From assembly GCA_040954595.2 (NCBI GenBank), contig CM082582.2, positions 4,262,303-4,326,302 on the forward strand: a stretch of 64,000 nt of DNA. The letters run 5' to 3'. The translations under genes and the position numbers were made by a program. The notes beneath the pieces are model-generated. The model saw only the letters and a program-made list of their open reading frames with translations, had not been told where the DNA came from and did not search any database. Shown here one piece after another: positions 36,201 through 48,683 of the stretch (position 1 is the stretch's first letter; the number at the start of each line of letters is the position of its first letter). Source of the DNA: Balanoglossus misakiensis (Eukaryota > Animalia > Hemichordata).

Positions 36201-39200
36201 ATTTTGGAGGGCTTTAATGGCAATATCTCATATGTCATTATTGTCAATCAACAATTCATTTTCAAGTTCAAAGCATCTCCAGTATAGCCATCTTGCTGGA
36301 TATCATTCTATCATTCTTTGTGTATGGTAGGTGGCTGTTTTAGTCAAGGAATGTACCTGAGTGAGCACTATAACAATGTGACATGGGTGTTGCAGACTGC
36401 TACCTTGCAACCTAACATGACATACGTCATCCGTCTGTGGTTATCAAAACCTGGAAGAGAAGATTCTTTTGTAGATCAAGCTATCCGTGTCCTCTCTAGC
36501 CAGCCACCAAATATTCTACTCACGTTAGTATCCACTTCTAAGCCTCTTCCTTTTGTTATTTTCATATTTGTGTGTATGCATATAAAAAATCCGAAAATAT
36601 TATTTAGTGATCATGTAATTTTTTGAAGAACTGGTTTTATAAACAGTCCTTGTTTCTGGATGTCATGTGATGCATACCTATAATTATTTCTGCAGCCAAT
36701 ACCAGACACTGCCTGTTTTGCACATTTCATTACAATAAAAGGTATTCTTTATTAGTCTTTAAACAAAATCATGTATGTAATTATAGATCAATGCACACTG
36801 TGTTAACAACTGAATGAGCCAAAATTAAGTTGACCAAGAGCCAGCCTAGCAGCGCCGCCATTTTATATTCCGTTAATATAATCTATCATACATTCTTTAA
36901 GCATAAAGTAAAATCTGGACAAAGTGCAATAACTTGATGTATTAAATTTCAAAGTTGATATGTTTTTGACTTTGTGATTTGTGTACGGTAGATGACGTCA
37001 CATTGTTTGATGTGTTCCTTTTAAACAGATGTTTGAAGAATTGCAATCCAGAGATGAATCCTTCTAGAAGACTTCTTTTAAGTGGACAGTGCACTGATTG
37101 TACAAGGAATTCACAAACCAAATATAGATGGTATCTGAAGACAAGTGAACTCAACACCAAACAGACTCTTGACTGGGCCACTGAAACTACAACTGGTAGA
37201 GATGGCCCTATTCTGGTAATCAATTCTGGAGTGTTTGCAACCACAAAACCAGAATATTACACCATTGGAATAAGAGGTAAAAACAAGAGGTGAAATATCG
37301 TAATTAAGGTAGATTGTACCTCAAAAGCCACATTCTTGAACTTTTGCTCAGGGTAAATTTAGATTATTATGTTCTCTTAAAATTAAAAATAAATATGGGG
37401 ATGAATGCAAAATTTTGAATGAGTGAGAAAGTTTTTTTCTCAAATTTGAAAATCATGTTTCCACGCCTTCACTAATCAGAACACACCTTGTCCCAAACGT
37501 GTACCACCAATATATCATTTTTGTGTGTGACTTATTGAATTTGCCTGTACCTGCAAATATTAAACAACAGCAACAACAAGTCATGATGTTTCATTGCACT
37601 AACTGTATAATGATTTATGAAGATTCATTTTGTATTTTGTATATGTATAGTGGATTAGAGATGTACATTATTTCAAATATTCTACCATTTTATATTGAAT
37701 ACTTGTTATCTTTTGTAGTAACAAGTAACAGTGGAGTAAGTGCAGTGGCCGAGTACAGCTTCAAAACAAACACACCACCATCACTTGGTACTTGCGATGT
37801 CACTCCTTCAGAGGGGACAGTCTTTACAACCAAGTTCACTCTTGTATGCTCTGGCTTTACGGATACAAATACACCCCTGACTTATGAATACTATGCTGTC
37901 ACTGGTAGGGATCCAAGTTTCGGTGTTCGCACCCCTGCAAGGTCTTCGGGTAGGTCTGTCAGATATGTACGGTGTGATACTTAGGTGGCACTGTAGTTTC
38001 GTTGACCACATTTCACACATATTTGTCTCATGCTGACACTTGATATATTAATTAGGAAACTCATCTTGGTGAAAAATATGAGCATTCCAAAACTTCATGT
38101 CATGTCTAAGTAACATTATTATATTATTAAACTTTTCCCTCAGAGTTTTAATTCATTTCACTTTTGTCAACATTGGAGAAATCATATCTAGTTCTCTCTC
38201 TCTATCTGACAAACACATGTAAAAAATTTGAGCATTCTATTTTGTCTTTGCCATCAACGCTAACAGAAAAATCAATTTCTTTTTATTTATAACATTGTAG
38301 GTACTTTACTGTATCATGGTCCTGATAACACAATAACTGATATTATGCTTCCTGTTGGTATTGAAAGAAGAAACTATGTGATAAAAATTAGAATTAAAGT
38401 GTCTGACTCTCTTGGTTCCAGTACTCAAACCTCTGTTGATGTAACAGTAAGTCAAATCAAATAATTTTTCACAGTGTCATTGTGGTGGCCAAGCAGTATA
38501 ACAGCATGAAAATGAGATAGGATGTGAAGATGACGAGTGGCGTGCATGTTGTGAAAACTCATTTCAAAGCAAGATGCAAAACAAAGAAATTTGGATTAAT
38601 GACCAATTACACCACAAACTTTTGGAAGAAAGGGTGTTGTTTTTCCCATTTATGTCCTTTTTGTAATTGTACAAATTTCACATTCAATTGTAACTGCAAA
38701 CATTGAAAATATTTTTTATGCAAAGCCATAGCAACATGCTATTTCACAGAATGCTTTGTTGATGTTTAGAGAATCTTGAACTTTTGGTATGAGGTTTACT
38801 TTCAAGAGTTAAACTTAGTTTCCAAATAATTTGTATGTACGGTAGGTTCGTGAGCCAGGCGTAGGTGATGAAGATGTTCTTGTGGATGTGATGAATTTAG
38901 CCACTGGTGAAAACGCAGAATTGAAACAACTGCTAAATTCAGGTGATCTACAAGCTGCATCACAGCTAATCACCATGGTAACATCAGTCCTGAATACTGA
39001 AGATGCTCATACAGATACTCATGATGGAGATCATGGCACACAAGAATCTCGACAGGTGTGGTAAATTCAAATCTCCTTTTTAGGGTATAATTTTTTTTTT
39101 GCATTTAATTGAAACTAGTTCAGAATATCTATTTCAGCTCTCTGGTATTATTTGTACTGTGAAAATGGGTTTAAACTTTATTGGGCCATTTCCTTCAAGA

Positions 39201-42200
39201 CAAGTATTGTTACTGTACACTTGTCAAGTAGATGTGAGTTATCTCTCTGTTTGAATCTGTATATGTTTCGTTATCGGTTAAATTAAAAGATTCGTGAAGA
39301 CATCATCCTTGATTTGGAAGATGTAGAGGTGACGAGTGTGGAAGATGTACAACAGAAAGCAACGGCCTTAGTCCATTTAACTCAAAGTGAAGCAGAAGTC
39401 TCCCAACAAGCACAGGTAAAAAGAATGGAAGTAACATTAATGAAACAGCCACAGAAAAAAATCCCAGCAAATACAGCACATGGCTATAAGTATTACAATA
39501 GATACTGTACCTTATATATATCTGCAACATGTGGTACAAATAAAAGCTACATTTAGCAGAAAAGTGACATGATAACATTAATTTTGTTTTCTTGATATGC
39601 ATGTTTAAAATGGTTAGCATTGTGTATTATTTTATCCCAATGCCAGAATGGCAATTCTATCAGCGTTACAAACATTTAAACAATACTTTCATCTAAATGT
39701 TCTTGTATTTCTGTAGATTTCAGCCTCTAAGGGAATGAAAGAGATGGGAACTATTCTAAAGCAGCAGTCTTTAGAAAATACTGACAGTGAACTCATTGAA
39801 GAGACAGCTTCTGTACTTCTCTATGGCATCAACAACATAGTAGATGCCGTTTCTTTATCTGTGCCATCCAACGCAAATGACAGAAGTGATGGTAATCATA
39901 CTGATGCAGTAAGTAATGCCATACTCTTGAATGGCAAAATTAAGGCAATATGCTGTATATAGAAACAATCATTTAGAATGCAATGTACCCGGTACTTTCC
40001 TGAGTGTCAACCGTGTAATAAAATAAAATCTGGTTTGTGACAACCAAGAGCGAAGTTTGTGAATCAAAATCCAGAAGTTTATGATGTTTGCATGGGCAAG
40101 GAGGAACATTACGGAAAAAACCTCAACAACGCATAATTTAAAAAAACATAACATCGACCAGGATAATTGGTTTAACAGACTTGTTAGTGAAAGTATTTAG
40201 TTGTCACAAAAAGTTATTGTTATGGGCCTTGCTTGGTAATACTTCCATCCAAAATTTAACTCCAATTTTATAAATTACAATGCCTTCAGTACAGGATGTG
40301 AGCTGATAATTGGTCCATACATGTATTTCTCACAGGAACATGACATGATACTTGATGTGTTTGAAGCCATCGATGATGTTGCAGATGCTGTATTGATGAA
40401 CACATTAGCTGGGGAAGAGCCAACCATCCTGCAAAGTCACAGTATGTCAGTCCTGCTAAGTAAACAAGAACAGTGGGACATTGGCGGTAGTTTACTTGTT
40501 GACGATGATGGCTCCTCATTTCAGCTACCGTCCAGTGATGTCTTGTTTGTTGAAGATAGCATACACTCTGATGATGTTGTCGTTGTCAAGGTGAGGACAT
40601 CAGGGAAATAGAAACATTGTTCCTCAATTTGTTTTGGTAAATTTAACAAGTGGTGAAGAAAATCTCTAAGTTAATTTTTTATTCAACAGTGAAATTCACA
40701 ATGCTTCATGATGCTGTAGTTATTGTCGTAGGTCTGATATTGCTTCAGTGCGTGTACATGTACTGTCAGTTTTCTTATGTATTCAACTCAGTAGCATGTC
40801 TTGTATATTCAGCAAGGATAACAAAATTTCTTGTCTGCTTTTGTTCAACAGATGCAACATTTTCAAGAAAATCTCTTCTCCTGGGCTGATACTGGCCAAA
40901 GTGTGACATCTACACTAAGTGGTCTACAACTGACCAGAGAAGATGAAAGTGTGATAGAAATGAAGAATTTGAGCACTCCAATTCAGATGTCAATACCACA
41001 GCATGATCAGCAGATGGGATATCATGTCACATGGACTTTATCCAAAGATTCATTACAAATACAGAATATATTGGTTGACAGTGATGAGTCAGCTATTCTG
41101 ATAGAAGTCAGTTCTGTAGATAGTCCTCTGGCCAGATTGGGTGTCTTCATTGGTTATGAAGTCGTCCCCACAGTTGACAGCCACCATATATTCCGTGAAT
41201 TACCATCTGGACAGGATGAGACAAATTCAAGCACCACCATTGTACAGCCATGGGAGCATTTTGGAAACGGTTCTTATGTGGTTGGTGTCAACCTGCACCC
41301 TGAGGAGACCGTGTATGACGTTAAAGTGAATGCTTCGTTCTACATAACATCATGTATGTATTGGAATACTGATGACGAAAAATGGCAAACAAGTGGATGC
41401 CAGGTAAAGGAATAGAATATTCATAATTAATTCCTTTAAATCAGCAGTGTTATTTTAACATGAAGCAATTACTAGCCCAGCTGACAATGGTATTTTTTCA
41501 CGTGTCTTACCTGTAGAAATCCACACTACCGGTATATCGACCAAAAGATTTTACTTTTATCACCAGTAGCCTTATTGATTTTCATCAGTTTGACAACTGC
41601 GGCCACTAGAGTACATTTGAGTGAGTTTTCTCTGTCTGTTTGTTTTGTTAGGTGGATTCAAACTCAACAGCTAACGACGTCAAGTGTAACTGTAACCATC
41701 TAAGTCTCTTTGGTTATCACTTGTCACCAGCAACTTTGATAATACCAACTTCTGTGACATTATCATCATCAACATCATCAACAACAACCTTAACAGATTT
41801 GATAGATGACAGCTTGACATTCAAAGATATTGTGACTCATCCCATCATACTTGCCATGGCAGTTGTGTTTGTCATCTTTTTGGTGATTGCAGTATGGGCA
41901 CTTTGGAAAGACCAAACAGATGTAAAGGTATTCCAAATTTACTATGAACTTGCAATTTGCATGCACTAAACCCCATCACCAGTACAGTGTGCCTTCTATC
42001 AGACATATTTTTAAAATCTTTTTAGTCAATTTGAGGATTTCTTAAAATTTCTCTGAGTCAGCCCTATACCTTTGCATGTAGTGTGGATAATTTCCTTGAG
42101 TCATCAGTGAGTTTGTTGAGTCAGTGGCACGTCAGATGGGCTTTGAGGGCACTCTGATTCTTAGTCGGGGCTCTTTCATTAACGATGACTTTTTTGTCTG

Positions 42201-45200
42201 TTTTTTCTATATACCTGGACAGAACAAAGTTGTTGTGTTAGAAGATAATGATCCCTTCTCCAAGTATCGTTACCACGTCACTGTATTTACTGGTACAAGA
42301 CTAGGTGCTGGAACCACTTCCAATGTTGCCTTGACCATCAATGGCAGCAACCTGTCCAGTGATACACACATACTGAATTCATCATCAAAGAGAAGACTGC
42401 TGAAGCGTGGCTCTATAGATCGATTTCTGTTGACCACACATGAATACTTGGGTGATCTTCATTCCATCAGACTTTGGTATGATAACTCAGGAAGGAGTCC
42501 ATCATGGTAAGTTTCATCAAAATGCAGGGATCCTTTATTCTAGAGTTTGTTCAAATGGAAAGAAATGTGGAAGGTCAACTCATACCGGTACATAATGAGA
42601 TTGGTCAAAACCTATTATTAAGTGTGTATATCCCCACATTACCTAGCTGGTACTACAAATGTTTTTTTAGAAAGTTGACACATAGTAAAGTATTTTACCT
42701 ATGACTGGCATCTCCTTTCATTTTCCAAAAGCACGCAGATAACAAATCTTTTTAAAGGGTCTTTCAAGAAATCTTATTTTTTAATTTTAGAAAATCTGTT
42801 GTTGATGGTACAAAAGCACTGTTTAGAAGTTGGTCATTATGTGTGCTGGAAATATCTTCATGTAAAGGAGAAATGAGAAAAAGACCAGATAGAAAGTCAT
42901 AAGAATATGCCCCCCTGCCCCACAAAATGCTAATTTTTGGGTGTACCGGTATACTATCTTCTGTCCAAAAGTGTAACATACTTACAACTCTGTCTGTTTC
43001 AGGTATATTGATCATATCTTGGTGCATGATCTATTGGCAAACACCCACTGGGCATTCCTTGGCAATTTCTGGCTGTCAGCAAAGACAGGACTTGCAGATA
43101 TCACTATACCTTGCTCATCTGAACAGGAGTTAACCAATTTGCAAAACAGCTTCATAACCAAGATGGTGAAGAATCTTCAAGACTGCTATCCACTGATCAA
43201 TATCTTTTCCCGTCAACACTCCAATCAGTTCACCCGGTTTCAAAGACTTGCTTGCTGTCTTTCCCTCATTCTCTGTTCCATGTTGGTCAGCTTGGTCTTA
43301 CTTCACGTGCCACGGGGTTCCGCAGAACGGAGGGTGGAAATCGGCCAGTTCAGACTCACATGGAGAGACCTGATTGTCGGCATTTTAAGTGGTCTGATAG
43401 TCATACCTGTAAACCTGATCATCATCCAAGTATTCAGAAGTGTTCCACCCTGCAGGAAGTCCAAAGCTGCAGTGAGAAAAACTACAGAGAGCTTGTACAC
43501 CTTTCATTCTTGTGATTCAGATGAGAAGGAAGAGTTTCATTCCCTGTATTTGATGAAACAGACTCTGATTGATGCCAGACGTGAAGTCAAGGATGTGTTG
43601 AGAAAAACGCTAGAACCTGATCAAAAAGATGCCTGGAAGAAATTCAGCAAGGAAAAAGGCCTGGACCAGATCTTGGCAGATTGGCAGGAACATGAGAGTT
43701 TGACTCTGAAAGCCAGTGACATCTCTACAGATACATATCATACTGCGGACCACATGTCAGTGTCCAGTTTTTCCGATAAAGGAGAAAGTCCACAACAAGG
43801 GCACGATTTCAGCAGCGTTGAATCCGTTTCGCTCGAAGGTGTTACACTTGAGACCAGAGATGAGCCCCAAGCAAAGAGTTGCAAGTGCTGTCAAGGCCAG
43901 TGTTTGTCCAATTGTCGGTGTCACTGCAGTGCTTGCTGCCGACACTCTCAATGTAGATGTGGGACTTGCCGTTGTAGCTGCGTGGCATGTTGGATGACCT
44001 TCCTGGGCTGGTTCTTGGCAATTGCTACAATAGCGACCTCTGCCTGTCTGGTGGTCTTGTATGGAATCCAGTACGACCAACAGAGGGCCTTTGACTGGTT
44101 AACATCCCTGTTGCTATGTCTGGTGATAACACCGATAATCCAGCCTTTATTTCTGGTACTGATGGCTGTCATGGCGGTTATCTGTTGCAAGGCCTTGGAT
44201 GATCGGTATTTATTCCGAAGTGAAGATGAGGTTCACTATGTAAACTCTGGTTTGTATTTGTATTAATCTAGCAATTTTGTGTTATCTGTCAAACCTTTCA
44301 TTGTAGACTCCTCGAGATTTCATGTATAAAGTAATATAGACAATTGTAATTGTAAGTAATTTCATGACAATTTATTGTGAAGATCAAAGAAATTATAACC
44401 TACCCCAAAATGATCATTTAAAAGAAAATATATGTTAAAGTAGCAAAAAGAACTAATTTTGATACAAGGTTTCAAAGTTGAATGCAGCTGTGAAATTTCA
44501 AAGAGACACAAAGCATTATGACAGTAATTTAAATTGAAATGCACACAGGTATGCTTTGAAGGCTAGATATTTATAACATGATTGTCATACAGATATTATT
44601 CTGTTATCTTTCACAGACAATTCTAAATGGAAGCCAGAAGAACTCGGAGAGTGGTTACCTCGACTCAGGGACCTTCGAAAATGCTCACAATATCAACCAC
44701 CATCGCAAAAGCTCTTGAACAGCTTCAAGAAGAAAAACCAACTGAATGAAGCCATGTCTTTTCTGAAAGAATTCATCTGCTTGGCAATACTCTGGCTGTT
44801 GCTATTGATCATTGCCTACTGCCAACAACCAACACATGGATACCTCGTGAATAATGTCTTGAAACAGACATTTGTGACAGATTTTGACAAGGTAAAATCT
44901 CCCCCCTTTACACGATTAAAAAATGACAACTCTGTAGCTGAAGTTCTCAGAGAGACAATTATTGGTTTATTCCTTTATCAGTACAAGTTGCTGAAAGTTG
45001 CACCAAATAGAGCTTGAAAACAGGGTCTGTTTCCTAAACTTAAATACCTTTGTGGTAGTGACGTACACACAGGAAACTACAAAGTGATACTTCTTGCTTT
45101 GCTAGATGACCAAATATGAAGAAATGTATGACTGGATGAATGCCACACTAATTCCCACTCTGTATGGAGGCAGTGCAGGAACCATAGATGTTGACTGTGA

Positions 45201-46657
45201 ATGTATGACATTGCTAGGTAGTGCTAGACTTAGACAAGTCAGGATTATTTCAGGTAGGAATTAGATGAAAGCTAAGCATAGATTAATAACAGATGCAGGG
45301 ATTTAGACTTAGAGTGTATTTTGATCTTTTTGAAAAGATTTTCAAAACTTATAGATACTCACAAAGGTGTCACACAGACTGTGTCATTTTCAGCACAAGT
45401 GGGTAATTTTTTTCTGTAATAAAAGTAATATCAGTGATTTCTCTAATTATTTTCATAGACAACTGTAAAGTGAACAAGATCATGAGAGATCACATGCAGT
45501 CTTGCAGTGAAGAGTACAGTTTCAGCTCAGAAGACACAAGATCCTTTGCTGGTTCTTGGGACAGTGTGATCGCACACCCATCCAACCCATCGGATATGTG
45601 GCAATACAAGTCGCCCGGTCAAGCACAAGGCAGCTACATGTGGGGTAAACTGTCTTTCTACAGCAGAGGTGGCTATGTAGCTGATCTGGGAGTGACATCT
45701 GAGAGTGCTCTGGGTGTTCTGCAGCAGATGTATGATTCGACATGGTGTGACAAGAACACCAGAGCTGTATTTGTAGAATTCACACTGCACAATGCACAAA
45801 GCAATCTCTTCAGTGTGATGACTGTACTTTTGGAATATTCTCCATCTGGGTCCATTGCTGCATCGCACGAGTTTCTGATCGGTCGATATCATAAATTCTC
45901 ACTGTACATAGATTACTTTGTCCTGTTCTGTCAAATTCTGTACCTGCTAGGAATGGTGTACTTCACACTCATTGAAATGATGGCACTGTGGCATCAGGGC
46001 TATAAGTACTTTCTCAGCAGTTGGAATTACTTGAATTTAGTGATAATCTTTCTCTCTACGCTTACTGTCATGATGTTTGGTTCCATATTCAGCCAGTTTG
46101 ACATATCAATGACCAAGTACAACAACGACAGGAGCTCATTCACAAGTTTCTACACAGCAGCCCTGTGTAATGAAGCCTACCATTTGCTAACTGCAAGTCT
46201 GGTGTTTTCCTGGACGATCAAATTACTCAAATTACTGTGTCACAGTGCCGTGTTCGAATTGATGCACACAGTTATGCTGCAAACTGCCAGACTCGTTTTA
46301 TGGTACACTTTCTTCTTAGGCCTGTTTCTTGTAGCATTTTCTCATTATTGTCTGATTGCCTTCGGGTCTTTCATAAACAACTTCCGAAACATGTCTGTTG
46401 CCTATATGTCTATGCTAGGGCTGATGATTGGCGGTTTGGATACTGCTGAGCTGTTCTCTCAGGGCAACGTCCTTTCCTGTTTGATATTTGCTGTATTCAT
46501 CTTCAGTACAGTGTTTATACTATTGCCTGTATTTGCCGCTGTTATGATTGAGTCATTCCTTGTGGCCACTCTGGCAAAAAGACAAAGTCCACATGGGCAC
46601 ACTAATCTTGTCTTGCTGCTGATCCAGAAATACTGCAGGCCGGGTTCATATAGCTAA
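28789..46657 (+). CDS. Polycystin-1-like / REJ-family receptor (PKD1L2/PKD1L3/suREJ-like), 25 exons, about 2726 aa
   Basis: Exons 28789-28876, 30025-30039, 30976-31680, 31921-32070, 32392-32584, 32883-33130, 33512-33676, 34240-34419, 34734-35438, 35829-35978, 36331-36523, 37029-37276, 37719-37949, 38301-38446, 38846-39055, 39290-39415, 39717-39908, 40336-40590, 40852-41403, 41652-41927, 42223-42506, 43003-44249, 44617-44891, 45106-45253, 45459-46657 (8181 nt, in frame). Motifs: PKD-type IDFGDD and HSYSESGTYT; REJ IDASESKDPD and CDVTPSEG; TSP1; GPS CMYWN...WQTSGC...CNCNHLSLF; TM1; PLAT YHVTVFTGTRLGAGTTSNV...LWYDNSG; FTRFQRLACC; polycystin channel LGSARLRQVR, YSRGGY and WCDKNTRAVFVEFT. The first two exons are the least certain. 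Confidence 0.92.
30092..30245. repeat. (CAT)n microsatellite, intronic
   Basis: Long, nearly pure CAT run with two short interruptions. Confidence 0.97.
30313..30491. mobile_element. Tc1/mariner-type MITE with TA target duplication
   Basis: TA-CAGTCAAACCTGT ... ACAGGTTTGACTG-TA, with internal tandem TATAGAGGTGGTCAC / TATAGACAGG units. Confidence 0.85.
34240..34419 (+). CDS. Thrombospondin type-1 repeat exon (phase 1-1) inside the polycystin-like gene
   Basis: GEWSAWPDCPVTCGLAFHHRSRKC...C...C...C: WxxW, CxxTCG, RxRxC and six Cys. Confidence 0.88.
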
Positions 46658-46785
46658 ATAGACAAGCTATATATGAAAGTTGCATATGTGATGTTATCAA
46701 TATCAGAGTTTAATCCATTGAATCAATGTCATGCTAAAGATAATACATGTATATAGACGGTAAATTTTTAGATGGTATGGTATAT

Positions 46786-47097
46786 TTAAGCAATAAAACA
46801 CCCCCAGCCATGGTATACCACGAGATTTTGACCAGTTCACGACATATACGCACGAGCGATAGCGAGTGCGTATATGGAGTTGAACTGGTCAAAATCTCGT
46901 GGTATACCATGGCTGGGGGTGTTTTATTGCTATTATATTATGCCAGTATATTGAAACTTTGCATAAAACATTTTAAAAAGGCATTTTCTTTGACTATGAT
47001 ATATGACTGTGGTATATGGCTAATATATCACGGTCACATGTCGTGTCTCGACCAATCAAATAGCTTGATTTACACCATCAATATACTGGTATAATAT
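46786..47097 (+). mobile_element. Full-length bipartite inverted-repeat element just 3' of the polycystin-like stop codon
   Basis: Hairpin 46789-46931 (AGCAATAAAACACCCCCAGCCATGGTATACCACGAGATTTTGACCAGTTCA and its inverse), then the pair TATTATGCCAGTATATTGA ... TCAATATACTGGTATAATA. A second copy lies at 16740-16990. Confidence 0.88.
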
Positions 47098-48683
47098 AAT
47101 TAATATTCCTTGGCTAAAGTTATGTCATATTTATTGTGTAGCAACACTGGTAATTTTAATTGCTTTATAGTAACAGTAATTTTTGCCACTGTTTGATATA
47201 ATGCATATGTTCCAATAGGAACATGGGGGTCATTCTGAATATTTTATTAATTTATGAATTTACTTGTATGTTCATCTGAAATACGGCAATGGTTTGAAAT
47301 CTTCAACATTAACAGTTGCTCAACAATAATGGTTGGCTATATATGTTTTGCTGATGTTAATGTCATTATTGTAGTTTTTAATGAATTCTGGTACATATTG
47401 TAATCAATTTACAAGCTGAAAGAAAATATTTGAAAATATTTCAGTAAGTGACAATGATGGTATTTGTTTATTACACCACAGTTGTCACACTGCATAGTTT
47501 GTAAAATAGTAATACACGACAGTCGTTTTGGAATAGTTTTTGATTTTGTGATATTTCTTGTTGTACATTTAATTTATTACAAAGCTGTTCCAACTTTTGT
47601 ATAAATCCTCTTTCGCCCCAGCTTTTAGGGATAATTTTTCAGCCCAACACCATTTTTGTGATTGTACTGCATGAAGTCTCAATTGTGAATTGTTTAAAGT
47701 AGAACATGGATAACCTAATCTGTGCTAGAGGTTCTTGTATGTTAAATTCTGAGATTATGAAACATTGGGTTCTGCAAGTAATGCTATGGTTCCATATGTT
47801 CTGCTGAAGCGGAATTTTAAAAGTTAGTAAATGTTGAAGGATCATTTTCACTATTACAGTAAAGATTTAGTTGTAGTTATACTCTTCTCTCAATCAGTAT
47901 CCGGACTTTGTATTCGTTCAGTTGTGATTTAATAAATAGAAAAATCAAACAATTTGTGTAAGCTGTCCCATGAAAGATGTGATGATCGAGAACATTTTTT
48001 GCATTTCCAGGGAACCCCAAAGGCTAGCAGAAAGGTTGTATGACCAGATAAATGCAGTTGTTCTTCATGATGTCTTTTGAATTTACCTGGACTCCGCCAG
48101 AGTGAGAATAAACTGACTGTCAGAAGTGGCGTGTTTTCCCTACCCCTCTTTTAAAATGTACAAATGGGCTACGTGGTTACATGCATGGCTATGCTGTCAC
48201 TGAGTAGAGGGCTCTGTCAAACGCCCCTATGTATATTGCGCCCTCTTTCGAGCCTTTTATTGTGGACTTTTCTTTTTATAGTTTGCCACCCATGTTGCAG
48301 TACTTGACAATGACACCCAGTCGAGTTCACACGAACAAACACACGCATTCACAAACGAACAAACAAAGAAATCCCATTTCAGAACGTTTATTACTGAATC
48401 AGGGGTGCGTAACAAAGAAACTCAGAAAAATTAAATTCTGATTCATCATATTTTGATGACCGTTCAGATTGATATCGTTCTCTCGGTTAGCCCAACTGGC
48501 CAGGCAAGTCAAAAACGGCTCTGTAAAAATTGTAGAACTTCATTGCGACTTCAGTAAATAAATTAGTACTCCTTATACAAATGAAGAGAAACTACTACAT
48601 GTACAAATCTTCACAAATGAAAAGTTCGCCGAAAGTTTCCTTCACGCGTGTCATTCCCAACAAAAATGCAATATCCGGTTTGA

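Larger units (their letters stand above)
30040..37932 (+). repeat. Intragenic tandem duplication of five exons plus introns (copy 1 about 30040-33704; copy 2 about 34420-37932)
   Basis: Matching exon sizes 705/150/193/248 and alignable introns. Both copies begin at the donor GTAAGTTA(T/G)CAACTGTTTACATT. Confidence 0.95.

Noticed and set aside
46747-47094. 115-aa ORF after the polycystin-like stop
   Set aside because: It lies almost entirely within the palindromic repeat element.
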